Both the position numbers and the translations under genes were made by a program. Of a stretch of 64,000 nucleotides of DNA, positions 48,578 to 58,587 are shown one piece after another (within the stretch, counting starts at the first letter, position 1; the number at the start of each line of letters is the position of its first letter). The stretch lies in contig VGIX01000002.1 of the NCBI GenBank assembly GCA_016867725.1, positions 36,314-100,313 on the forward strand, written 5' to 3'. Origin of the DNA: Candidatus Effluviviaceae Genus I sp. Its GTDB lineage: Bacteria > Joyebacterota > Joyebacteria > Joyebacterales > Joyebacteraceae. Under the pieces are notes generated by a model that was given only the letters and a program-made list of their open reading frames with translations, did no database searches and was not told the origin of the DNA.

Positions 48578-50200
48578 ATGTCGTATCTCGTGCTGGCGAG
48601 GAAGTGGCGCCCTGAGACCTTCTCGCAGGTCGTGGGGCAGCGACACGTCGTCACGACCCTGTCGGCCGCCGTGCGCACCGACAGGATCGGGCACGCCTAC
48701 CTGTTCACAGGACCCCGGGGCGTGGGCAAGACCACGATCGCGAGGGTCCTCGCCAAGGCGCTCAACTGCGAGAAGGGCCCCACCGACGAGCCGTGTCTCG
48801 CCTGCGACTCGTGCCGCGAGATCGCATCGGGCAAGAGCCTCGACGTGATCGAGATCGACGGCGCGTCGAACCGGAAGATCGAGGACGCGCGGGGCATCCG
48901 AGAGACCGTGCAGTACGCGCCGCTCTCCGGCCGCAAGAAGGTGTACATCATCGACGAAGCGCACATGCTCACGCGCGAGGCGTTCAACGCGCTCCTCAAG
49001 ACGATCGAGGAGCCGCCGCCGCACGTGGTCTTCGTGCTCGCGACGACTGAGCCGTCGAAGATCCCCGACACGATCACCTCGCGCTGTCAACGGTTCGACT
49101 TCCACCGCGTGAGCGCCGCGGACATGGAGGCCCGCCTCAGGCACATCGCACAGGCCGAGGGCGTCCGCGTGAGCGACGGTGCGGTCAGGCTGCTTGCGGC
49201 CCGGGCCGACGGGAGCATGCGCGACGCGGAGAGCCTGTTCGACCAGCTGCTCGCGACCGGATCGGGCGACGTGGGCGCGGACGACGTGGCGGCCATTCTG
49301 GGGATCCCGCGCGTCGAGGTCTTCCGGTCGCTCTCCGACGCGATCGCGGCTCGCGACACGAGGGCGGCCCTCGGGGCGTTCACATCCGCGTTGGACGCCG
49401 GCTTCGACCCGAGGGACCTCATCGACGGCCTCGTGGAGCACCTGCGCGATCTCCTCGTGAGGACGGCGACCGGCGAGCCGGGTGCGCCGGATGTCGGAGA
49501 CGGTCCGGAGACGCCCGCGCGCGCCCTCACCGAGGACCAGCTCGTGAGGCTTCTCAGGATCGCGGCCGAGACGCAGGCGCAGGCGCGCTGGACCACCCAG
49601 CCGTCCCTCATGGTCGAGCTCGCCCTGGCGCGCATGGCGCGGCTGCCGAGAACGGTGGAGATCGAGGAGATCGTCCGCGCGCTTGCCGCGGCCTCGGGAG
49701 GTTCGGGGCACGCGGGAGGCGCCACGCCCCCAGGAGGAACTCCGGCGTCAGGCGACGCGGGCGCAGGGAGCGCCGGTCCGTCCCAGGGACGCGGTGGAAC
49801 GGCAGCGGCGGCGGGCCGTCCGGCCGCCCGAGGCGAGCAGTGGGCGCTCGTGGTCGAGCGCGTGAAGGCACGCAAGCCCGCGCTCGGCGCGTTTCTCACC
49901 GAAGCCGTGGCCTCGCCGCTGACGGACGGGCGGCTCGGCGTGCTCATTCCGAACGGGTCGAACTTCCATCGGCAGCAGCTTCAGGACCGGGCCAACATGA
50001 CGCTTCTCGAGCAGGCCGCGGGCGACGTCTACGGCAAGCCCGTGAAGCTCAGCCTCACGTTCGCGGAGGCCGCCAGGGCAGTGCCCGCGCCCGCCGCCGC
50101 GCCGCAGAGGCGCGAGGCGGGCGATGGCGAGGACCCGATGGTGCGCAAGGTGCTGGAGATGTTCGACGGCGAGATCACTGACACGCGCGCGGAGGAGTGA
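48578..50200 (+). CDS. dnaX: DNA polymerase III subunits gamma/tau
   Basis: ARKWRPETFSQVVGQRHV, GPRGVGKTT Walker A, zinc module CLACDSC, sensor motifs and a Pro/Gly-rich tau linker. Confidence 0.9.
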   Translation: MSYLVLARKWRPETFSQVVGQRHVVTTLSAAVRTDRIGHAYLFTGPRGVGKTTIARVLAKALNCEKGPTDEPCLACDSCREIASGKSLDVIEIDGASNRKIEDARGIRETVQYAPLSGRKKVYIIDEAHMLTREAFNALLKTIEEPPPHVVFVLATTEPSKIPDTITSRCQRFDFHRVSAADMEARLRHIAQAEGVRVSDGAVRLLAARADGSMRDAESLFDQLLATGSGDVGADDVAAILGIPRVEVFRSLSDAIAARDTRAALGAFTSALDAGFDPRDLIDGLVEHLRDLLVRTATGEPGAPDVGDGPETPARALTEDQLVRLLRIAAETQAQARWTTQPSLMVELALARMARLPRTVEIEEIVRALAAASGGSGHAGGATPPGGTPASGDAGAGSAGPSQGRGGTAAAAGRPAARGEQWALVVERVKARKPALGAFLTEAVASPLTDGRLGVLIPNGSNFHRQQLQDRANMTLLEQAAGDVYGKPVKLSLTFAEAARAVPAPAAAPQRREAGDGEDPMVRKVLEMFDGEITDTRAEE

Positions 50201-50206
50201 CGCTTC

Positions 50207-50515
50207 ATGGCCCCGGACCTGGGGAGGATCCTCAAGGAGGCGCAGAAGCTCGAGAAGCGCCTCGAGGAAGCCCGGAAGGCCCTCGAGACGATGACGGTCG
50301 AGGGGACCGCCGGCGGCGGGGCCGTGCGCGTCGTCATGAACGGCCACAAGGACGTCCGGAGCGTCAGCATCGAGCCGAGCGTCCTGGAGGGAGGGGACGC
50401 GGCCATGCTGGAGGACCTCCTCCTCTCCGCGTTCCGCGACGCGAAGCAGCGGTGCGACGACCTGATCGCCCGCGAGATGGGCAAGCTCGGCACGGCCGGA
50501 TTGCCGGGGCTGTGA
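50207..50515 (+). CDS. ybaB: Nucleoid-associated protein YbaB/EbfC
   Basis: 102 aa. ILKEAQKLEKRLEEARKALETMTVEGTAGGGAVRVVMNGHKDVRSVSIEP. Confidence 0.85.
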   Translation: MAPDLGRILKEAQKLEKRLEEARKALETMTVEGTAGGGAVRVVMNGHKDVRSVSIEPSVLEGGDAAMLEDLLLSAFRDAKQRCDDLIAREMGKLGTAGLPGL

Positions 50516-50548
50516 CGCCGGGCCCGCGCAGCGAGGGAACGCGCAGCC

Positions 50549-51148
50549 ATGACGGCATTCCCCCCATCGCTCGAACGCCTCGTGCAGCTGCTCTCCGGAC
50601 TTCCCGGCATCGGGAGGAAGTCCGCGACGCGCATCGCCCTCAGACTCGTCGGCTCCTCGGAACCGGAGTGCGCGGAACTCGCGCGGGCGATCGTGGCGGC
50701 GCGAGCGAACACGCGCCCGTGCTCGGCCTGCGGTTCGCTGACCGAGGACGACCCGTGCGCGATCTGCCGCGACGCTCGCCGTGACGGCGGCGTGCTGTGC
50801 GTCGTCGAGCGGGCGAGCGATGTGCTCGCCCTCGAGCGCACGGGGCGATTCCGGGGGCGCTACCACGTCCTCGGCGGGCTCCTGTCGCCGCTCGACGGCG
50901 TCGGGCCCGAGGACATACGCCTGACATCGCTTGTCGACCGCGCGAGGTCGGGCGACGTGAAGGAGGTCATCCTCGCGCTCAACCCGACGTCCGAGGGAGA
51001 GGCGACCTCTCTGTACGCCGCCAGGCTCCTCGCGAACCTCGGTGTCCGCGTGACGCGGATCGCGAGCGGACTCCCCGTCGGCGGCGACCTGGACCTGGCC
51101 GACGAGCTCACGCTGGGCGCCGCGCTCGACGAGCGACGGGACGTCTGA
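50549..51148 (+). CDS. recR: Recombination protein RecR
   Basis: HhH LPGIGRKSATRIA. Zinc finger CSACGSLTEDDPCAIC. Toprim VVERASDVLALE. Confidence 0.9.
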   Translation: MTAFPPSLERLVQLLSGLPGIGRKSATRIALRLVGSSEPECAELARAIVAARANTRPCSACGSLTEDDPCAICRDARRDGGVLCVVERASDVLALERTGRFRGRYHVLGGLLSPLDGVGPEDIRLTSLVDRARSGDVKEVILALNPTSEGEATSLYAARLLANLGVRVTRIASGLPVGGDLDLADELTLGAALDERRDV

Positions 51149-51186
51149 CGCCTGCGCACGGGCCCCGCCCGCCCCGGCCTTGCCCC

Positions 51187-51215
51187 TTGACCCTCCCGTC
51201 TCCCGATGCTATCTT
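51187..51215 (+). promoter_or_regulatory. Promoter for the porGDAB operon (TTGACC-N17-TATCTT)
   Basis: ccTTGACCctcccgtctcccgatgcTATCTTctc. A 58-nt leader ends in AAGGAGG. Confidence 0.45.
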
Positions 51216-51273
51216 CTCACGATGGTTTGCTTGCGGGCGGCGCGCCTCTGCGCCTCTCCTAAGGAGGGGGTTC

Positions 51274-51846
51274 ATGTCGCAGATGATGGAGATCCGGTGG
51301 CACGCGCGAGGCGGCCAGGGGGCGAAGACGGCATCGCTCCTGCTCGCCGAGGCGGCCGCCATGGAGGGGAAGTACAGCCAGGGGTTCCCGGACTACGGTC
51401 CGGAGCGCATGGGAGCCCCGATGAGGGGCTTCACTCGGATCAGTGACTCCCCAGTCAGGGTGCACTGCGCCATCAGCTCGCCGCAGATCGTGATCGTCCT
51501 TGACGACACGCTGCTCGGAGCCGTGGACGTCACGGCCGGCATGCCGAAGGACGGGACTCTCATCGTGAACACGCTCCGGCCGCCGGCCGAGGTGCGCAAG
51601 CGCGTCGGAAGCCGGCTGGGGAAGCTCTACACGGTCGACGCGACCGGCATCGCGATCGCCGAGATCGGGCGTCCGATCCCGAACTCGCCCATGCTCGGCG
51701 CCCTCGTCCGGGTGACGGGCCTTCTCAACCTGGACACGGTCCTCGACCAGATCAGGAAGAAGTTCTCGCATGGCTTCAGGCCCGAGGTTCTCGACGGCAA
51801 CGTCCGCGCCATTCGCCGGGCGCACGAGGAGGTGAGCGCCGAATGA
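51274..51846 (+). CDS. porG: Pyruvate/2-oxoacid:ferredoxin oxidoreductase gamma subunit
   Basis: MSQMMEIRWHARGGQGAKTASLLLAEAAAMEGKYSQGFPDYGPERMGAP. AAGGAGG RBS. Confidence 0.8.
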   Translation: MSQMMEIRWHARGGQGAKTASLLLAEAAAMEGKYSQGFPDYGPERMGAPMRGFTRISDSPVRVHCAISSPQIVIVLDDTLLGAVDVTAGMPKDGTLIVNTLRPPAEVRKRVGSRLGKLYTVDATGIAIAEIGRPIPNSPMLGALVRVTGLLNLDTVLDQIRKKFSHGFRPEVLDGNVRAIRRAHEEVSAE

Positions 51847-52142
51847 AGGAGAAGGCGTGGAGCGAGCTCGCTCACGGCTGCGTCGTGGACCGCGCGGGGA
51901 ACGCGCAGGAGTATGAGACGGGCTCCTGGCGGACGTACCGACCGACATGGAACGCCGAGACGTGCATTCAGTGCCTCCGTTGCTGGATCGCCTGCCCGGA
52001 CTCCTCCATCAGACTTGAGGACGGCAAGGTGGTCGGCATCGACTACGACCACTGCAAGGGATGCAAGATCTGCTGGTTCGAGTGTCCCACGGACCCGAAG
52101 GCGATCGAGGTGAAGCTCGAGACCGAGGTCGGCAAGGACTGA
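51843..52142 (+). CDS. porD: 2-oxoacid:ferredoxin oxidoreductase delta subunit (2x[4Fe-4S] ferredoxin)
   Basis: CIQCLRCWIACPD and CKGCKICWFECP cluster motifs. ATGA overlap with porG. Confidence 0.8.
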   Translation: MKEKAWSELAHGCVVDRAGNAQEYETGSWRTYRPTWNAETCIQCLRCWIACPDSSIRLEDGKVVGIDYDHCKGCKICWFECPTDPKAIEVKLETEVGKD

Positions 52143-52185
52143 GGCCGCGGACTCGGGCCTCCCGACGACGAAGGGAGATGGCGGA

Positions 52186-53367
52186 GTGGGCAAGAGAGTC
52201 ATCATGACCGGCAACGACGCCGGCGCCGAGGCGATGCGGCAGATCGACCCGGATGTGGTCGCCGCGTTCCCCATCACGCCCCAGACCGAACTCATGCACA
52301 AGTTCGCGGAGTTCGTGGCCGATGGAGACGTGAAGGCCGAGTTCGTTCTGGTGGAGTCGGAGCACAGCGCCATGAGCGCGTCCGTGGGCGCCGCGGCGGC
52401 GGGCGCGAGGGCCATGACGGCGACCTCCGCGTGCGGGCTCGCGCTCATGTGGGAGATCCTCTACGTCGCGGCCGGCACGCGGCTGCCGATCGTCATGCCC
52501 GTGATCAACCGGGCGCTCTCCGCGCCCATCAACATCCACTGCGACCACAGCGACACGATGGGGTGTCGGGACAGCGGGTGGATCCAGATCTTCTCGGAGG
52601 GCGCGCAGGAGGTGTACGACAACATCCTCCAGGCGATCCGGATCGCCGAGCACCCTGACGTGCTGCTCCCAGTGATGGTCACCTTCGACGGCTTCATCAT
52701 CAGCCACACGGCCGAGGTCCTCGAGATCCTCGATGACGCGGCGGCGCGCGGGTGGATCGGCGGCTACGTGCCGAGGAACCCGCTCCTCGACAGCGACAAG
52801 CCGATCACGTTCGGCGCGCTCGATCTGCAGGACTACTACTTTGAGCACAAGCGCCAGCAGATCGAGGCGATGTCGCACGTGTCGCGCGTGATCCGGGAGG
52901 TCGGCCTGGAGTACGGGAAGCTCTCCGGCCGCGCCTACGGTCTGTTCGAGGAGTACTCCATGGACGGCGCCGAGCTCGTCATCGTGGCGCTCGGCTCGAC
53001 GTGCGGGACGGCGAAGGTCGTGGTGGACGAGCTCAGAGGTCAGGGCAAGCCCGTCGGGCTCATCAAGGTCCGTTCGTTCCGGCCGTTCCCGGGCGCGGAG
53101 CTCAGCGCCGCACTCCGACACGCGAAGGCCGTCGCGGTCCTCGATCGCTCGGTCTCGTTCGGCGGCGACGGCGGGCCTCTCCACATCGAGGTTCGCTCGT
53201 CCCTCTTCGGAACCGACGTCACGCCTGGCCTCGTGGACTACATCTACGGCCTCGGCGGCAGGGACCTCTCGATGGAGCACGTCAAGCAGGTCTACGCCGA
53301 CCTCGAGACGGTCGCGAAGAAGGGCACGCCCAAGGACAACGTGCGGTTCCTGGGGCTCAGGGAATAG
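52186..53367 (+). CDS. porA: Pyruvate:ferredoxin oxidoreductase alpha subunit
   Basis: VIMTGNDAGAEAMRQIDPDVVAAFPITPQTELMHKF and the alpha-subunit fold throughout. Confidence 0.8.
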   Translation: MGKRVIMTGNDAGAEAMRQIDPDVVAAFPITPQTELMHKFAEFVADGDVKAEFVLVESEHSAMSASVGAAAAGARAMTATSACGLALMWEILYVAAGTRLPIVMPVINRALSAPINIHCDHSDTMGCRDSGWIQIFSEGAQEVYDNILQAIRIAEHPDVLLPVMVTFDGFIISHTAEVLEILDDAAARGWIGGYVPRNPLLDSDKPITFGALDLQDYYFEHKRQQIEAMSHVSRVIREVGLEYGKLSGRAYGLFEEYSMDGAELVIVALGSTCGTAKVVVDELRGQGKPVGLIKVRSFRPFPGAELSAALRHAKAVAVLDRSVSFGGDGGPLHIEVRSSLFGTDVTPGLVDYIYGLGGRDLSMEHVKQVYADLETVAKKGTPKDNVRFLGLRE

Positions 53368-53377
53368 GGGGAAGGGC

Positions 53378-54307
53378 ATGCCAGGTCTGAAGGAGCTTGC
53401 GAAGCGGGAGGAGCTGATGTCGGGGGGCCACCGCGCCTGCGCGGGGTGTCTTCCGATGACGGCGATGCGCCAGATCCTCCTGACGGCTGGGCGCGACACG
53501 GTGTGCGGGTGCGCGACGGGCTGCGTGGAGGTCGTCACGACGATCTTCCCCTACACGGCGTGGCGGACGCCGTTCATCCACAACGCGTTCGAGAACTCGG
53601 CGGCGACGATCAGCGGGGTGGAGGCGGCGTACCGGTCGCTCCAGAGACAGGGGAAGATCGACAAGGACATGCGGTTCATAGCGTTCGGCGGGGACGGCGG
53701 CACCTACGACATCGGACTGCAGTCCCTGTCCGGCGCGATGGAGCGCGGGCACCGCATGCTGTACGTCTGCTACGACAACGAGGCGTACATGAACACCGGC
53801 ATCCAGCGCTCAGGCGGCACGCCCAAGGGCACGCAGACCTCCACGACGCCGGCGGGCAAGGTCGTGCCCGGCAAGCAGCAGTACGCCAAGGCCCTCACCG
53901 AGATCATGATCGCCCACAACATCCCGTACGTCGCGCAGGCGACCCCGGGATTCCCCAAGGACCTCTCCGACAAGGTCGAGAAGGCTCTGTCGATCGACGG
54001 CCCGTCCTTCATGAACGTCCTCGCCCCGTGCCCCCGAGGCTGGCGGTACGAGATGGAGGAGTCGATGGAGATGGCGCGGCTGGCCGTGGACACCTGCTTC
54101 TGGCCGCTCTTTGAGGTCGAACACGGGAAGCTGCGCGTCACGCGGAAACCCAAGGAGAAGATCCCCGTCGTCGAGTGGCTCAAGAAGCAGGGGCGCTTCC
54201 GCCACCTCTTCAAGGAACAGAACAGGCACATCATCGACGAGCTGCAGAGGGACGTCGACCGGAACTGGGAGTGGCTTCTCAAGAGAGAGGAGCTCTCGCG
54301 GAGCTAG
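53378..54307 (+). CDS. porB: Pyruvate:ferredoxin oxidoreductase beta subunit (TPP-binding)
   Basis: CAGCLPMTAMRQIL...GCATGC...FGGDGGTYDIGLQSLSGA TPP motif GDGx. Confidence 0.8.
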   Translation: MPGLKELAKREELMSGGHRACAGCLPMTAMRQILLTAGRDTVCGCATGCVEVVTTIFPYTAWRTPFIHNAFENSAATISGVEAAYRSLQRQGKIDKDMRFIAFGGDGGTYDIGLQSLSGAMERGHRMLYVCYDNEAYMNTGIQRSGGTPKGTQTSTTPAGKVVPGKQQYAKALTEIMIAHNIPYVAQATPGFPKDLSDKVEKALSIDGPSFMNVLAPCPRGWRYEMEESMEMARLAVDTCFWPLFEVEHGKLRVTRKPKEKIPVVEWLKKQGRFRHLFKEQNRHIIDELQRDVDRNWEWLLKREELSRS

Positions 54308-54439
54308 GCGCGTCGGTCTGGGCAGTCTCCGCCGCGCGTTCCGCCCCCGTGCCTTCTGCGCGTTCCCCTGTGGCTGGTCGCAACGGTGACCGTTCGGACG
54401 CCGCGCGCCGTCGCGGCGCGCGGGCTGGGACGAGGCAGG

Positions 54440-54937
54440 ATGAAGCGAGCCGGCGCCCTGACCCTGGACCCGGTGGCCCGTCTTCTGGCCACGGGCTTCT
54501 TCCTCGGGTACTCGCCCGCGGCCCCGGGGACCGTCGGCGCGCTCGGGTTCGCCGCTCTGCTCTGGTTCCTTGTCCCGACCGGCGCTCCGGCCGCGGCGCC
54601 CGTCGGCCTCCTCGTCATGCTGCTCTCGGTCCTTGCGTTCCTCGCCCTGGCCATCTGGGCGGCGTCGGCCGCCGAACGCGCGTTCGGCCACGACAGCTCG
54701 AGGATCGTCGTGGACGAGTTCGCCGGCATGCTCGTAGCGGTCCTCTTCCTGCCGAAGTCGCTCACCGTGTACGGGGCCGCGTTCGTCCTGTTCCGCATCG
54801 CGGACATCCTGAAGCCGTTCCCCGGCAGGCGGGTGGAGAGCCTGCCCGGCGGGCTCGGCGTCGTGGCGGATGACGTCGTCGCCGGCCTCTACGCGAACGT
54901 CCTCGTCCGCCTCATGATGGCGGCGGGATCCTGGTGA
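54440..54937 (+). CDS. pgpA: Phosphatidylglycerophosphatase A
   Basis: LATGFFLGYSPAAPGTVGALGFAALLWFL and VDEFAGMLVAVLF are PgpA family motifs. Confidence 0.8.
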   Translation: MKRAGALTLDPVARLLATGFFLGYSPAAPGTVGALGFAALLWFLVPTGAPAAAPVGLLVMLLSVLAFLALAIWAASAAERAFGHDSSRIVVDEFAGMLVAVLFLPKSLTVYGAAFVLFRIADILKPFPGRRVESLPGGLGVVADDVVAGLYANVLVRLMMAAGSW

Positions 54938-54986
54938 GCGGAGACGTGCCGCGCGCCGGCACCCACGAACCCCGGGGAGCACATCG

Positions 54987-56231
54987 GTGACGGCAGAGAT
55001 CATCGTGGTGGGAAACGAACTCCTCGACGGGAGTCGCAGGGACGAGCACACGGCGTACCTCGCCGCGCAGATGGCCGCGGTCGGGGTGACCGTGGAGCGC
55101 TCGATCCTCGTTCCCGACGACCCCGCGATCATCGAGGCGACGATGCTGCGGGCGCTCGAGGCGGCGGACCTCGTGGTCACGACCGGCGGGCTGGGCGTGA
55201 CGAGCGACGACCTGACGAAGCAGGTCGCCGCCCGCGTCTGCGGCAGGAGGCTCGCGCTCGACGAGCGGGCCCTCTCGCGCGTGAGGGAGCGCTTCGAGGA
55301 GCGCGGCCTCGCCATGCCCGAGATCAACGTCTCGCAGGCGATGGTGCCGGAAGGAGCGCGCGTCATCGAGAATCGCCACGGAACGGCGCCGGGGCTTCTC
55401 ATCGAACACGGAGAGGCACTCCTCTTCCTGCTGCCCGGCGTGGGAACGGAGATGCGGGCCATGGTGGAGGGCTACGTCGTCCCGTTCCTCGAGGGGCGCG
55501 GCCTGCGGAGGTTGACCGAGGAGCGCCTGATCAGAACGACCGGGCTTTCCGAGTCCCGCGTCGCCGAGATCGTCGGACCGCTGGCGCGCAGGATCGCCCG
55601 AACGGAGATCGCCTATCTTCCCTCGCGGAGCGGAGTGGACCTCAAGGTCGTCTCGAGGATCGGCGCTACCGAGGACGCCGGGCGCGCCGCGGACGAGGCC
55701 GCCGAGAGGATCGCCGAGGCCCTGGGCCCGTTCGTCTACGCGCGCGGGCCCGAGGCGCTCGAGGAGATCGTCGGCTACCTGCTCTCGATGGCGCGACTGC
55801 GCCTTGCGGTCGCGGAGTCCTGCACCGCCGGGCGCATCGGATGGAGGATCACCCGCGTGCCGGGCAGCTCCGCGTACTTCGCCGGCGGCGTCATCGCGTA
55901 CTCCGACGACGTCAAGCGGCGCGCCCTCGGCGTCCGGGCCGAGACGCTGGCGTCCCACGGCGCGGTGTCCGAGGAGACCGCGCGCGAGATGGCGGCGGGA
56001 GCGTGCGCGGCGGCCGGAGCGGACGTGGGCCTCGCGGTGACCGGCATCGCCGGCCCGGACGGGGGCAGTTCCGAGAAGCCCGTGGGCCTCGTGCACATCG
56101 CCGTGGCGGGGCGCTTCGAGCGCGCGCAGCGTCACCTGTTCGCGGGCGGGCGGGACGCGGTCCGCGAGCAGGCGGCGCAGGCCGCGCTCGAGCTTCTCAG
56201 GCGCGCACTCCTCAACATCGAAGGGACGTGA
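54987..56231 (+). CDS. cinA: CinA-family protein (MoCF-binding domain plus C-terminal NMN deamidase PncC)
   Basis: MTAEIIVVGNELLDGSRRDEHTAYLA MocF N-terminus. CinA_C VAESCTAGRIGWRITRVPGSSAYFAGGVIAYSDDVK. Confidence 0.85.
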   Translation: MTAEIIVVGNELLDGSRRDEHTAYLAAQMAAVGVTVERSILVPDDPAIIEATMLRALEAADLVVTTGGLGVTSDDLTKQVAARVCGRRLALDERALSRVRERFEERGLAMPEINVSQAMVPEGARVIENRHGTAPGLLIEHGEALLFLLPGVGTEMRAMVEGYVVPFLEGRGLRRLTEERLIRTTGLSESRVAEIVGPLARRIARTEIAYLPSRSGVDLKVVSRIGATEDAGRAADEAAERIAEALGPFVYARGPEALEEIVGYLLSMARLRLAVAESCTAGRIGWRITRVPGSSAYFAGGVIAYSDDVKRRALGVRAETLASHGAVSEETAREMAAGACAAAGADVGLAVTGIAGPDGGSSEKPVGLVHIAVAGRFERAQRHLFAGGRDAVREQAAQAALELLRRALLNIEGT

Positions 56232-56827
56232 CGGTGGCGGTCCGCGCCTTCGTGGCTTTGGAGTTGTCCCCCCAGCTCAAAGCGGGCATACTGAGGGCCG
56301 CAGAGACCCTGGAGCGGCGCGGGGTGCGAGCGAGCTGGTCCCGCAGGGCCACGCTGCACCTCACGCTCAAGTTCATCGGGGACGTGGACGAGGCCGACCT
56401 GCCCGACGTGGTGGACGCCGTCGGGCGGGCCGCGTCGGGCAATCGGCGGTTCTCGTTCGTCGCGCGCGGCGCCGGGGCGTTCCCCTCGCCGCAGCGGCCT
56501 CGCGTCATCTGGATCGGCGTCGTCCCCTCCGACGCGCTCTTCGATCTCCAGGGCGACGTCGAGCGCGAGCTGGCCGCCGTCGGCGTGCCCCGCGAGGAGC
56601 GCCGCTGGAGCCCGCACATCACGGTCGGCCGCGTCCGCGACGCCCGGACGGCCGGCGACCTTGCCGGCGCGCTCGCGACGCTGCGCTGCCCGGAGGACAC
56701 CGTCGCGGTGGAAGAGGTGCTCCTGATGAGAAGCGTCCTGTCCCCTTCGGGCGCGATCCACGAGGCGATCGCGCGGTTTCCCCTCGCGACGGCCGGCCCG
56801 GACGGCCGCGCCGAACACAACGGCTGA
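56228..56827 (+). CDS. thpR: RNA 2',3'-cyclic phosphodiesterase (2H family, LigT/ThpR)
   Basis: Two HxT/SxK motifs, HLTLKFIG and HITVGRVRD. GTG overlaps the cinA stop. Confidence 0.8.
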   Translation: MTVAVRAFVALELSPQLKAGILRAAETLERRGVRASWSRRATLHLTLKFIGDVDEADLPDVVDAVGRAASGNRRFSFVARGAGAFPSPQRPRVIWIGVVPSDALFDLQGDVERELAAVGVPREERRWSPHITVGRVRDARTAGDLAGALATLRCPEDTVAVEEVLLMRSVLSPSGAIHEAIARFPLATAGPDGRAEHNG

Positions 56828-56851
56828 GCTCCCCTGACCTGGAGGAACACG

Positions 56852-57934
<1,083 letters not shown>

Positions 57935-58587
57935 GCCCCTGACGCGAGGCAGGCGGGCGCGGGAGGGGCGCGTCACCGCGATCCGCCGGGAGCCGGGCGA
58001 ACCGCCCCGCGTCGCCGTCTTCATCGACGGCGCGCGGGTGTTCACGCTGCCGGAGTCGGCCCTTGAGACCATGGGCCTGTCGGTCGGCGCGACGTTCGGC
58101 GGCGGCGAGCCCGTCGAGGAGGGAAGGGCGTCCGACCTCGTCGGCGCACGGGAGGCGGCCCTCCGTCTTCTCTCGGTCCGGGCGAGGACGCGCAGCGAGC
58201 TCGCGCAGCGCCTGACCCGGAAGGGGCACGCCGCCGCCGTCGTCGCCCGGGTGATCGATGGACTCGCAGCGGCCGGGCTCGTCGACGACCGCGCGTTCGC
58301 CGAGTTGTGGGCGGACGAGCGGATGAGGCGACGGCCGGTGGGCAGACGCCGCCTGTCTCAGGAGCTGCGGCTCAAGGGTGTCCCGCCGCGCGTGGCCGAC
58401 GAGGTCGTGGACCGGGCGTTCGGGGAGCATCCGGAGCGCGCGCTCGCGCTGCGCGCCGCCCGGTCCTGGGCCCGCCGGTCGGCCGCCGGGGCGCGGGAGC
58501 GGGAGCGCCTGTTCGCGATGCTCGTGCGGCGGGGGTTCGCGAGGTCGACGGCCATTGAGGTCGTCCGCGAGGTGATGGGAGAGCGGG

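Noticed and set aside
48295-48615. Protein-coding ORFs over 48295-48615 and 48302-48502.
   Set aside because: The region contains the SRP RNA domain IV consensus, and the ORFs have no homology or RBS. ncRNA interpretation preferred.
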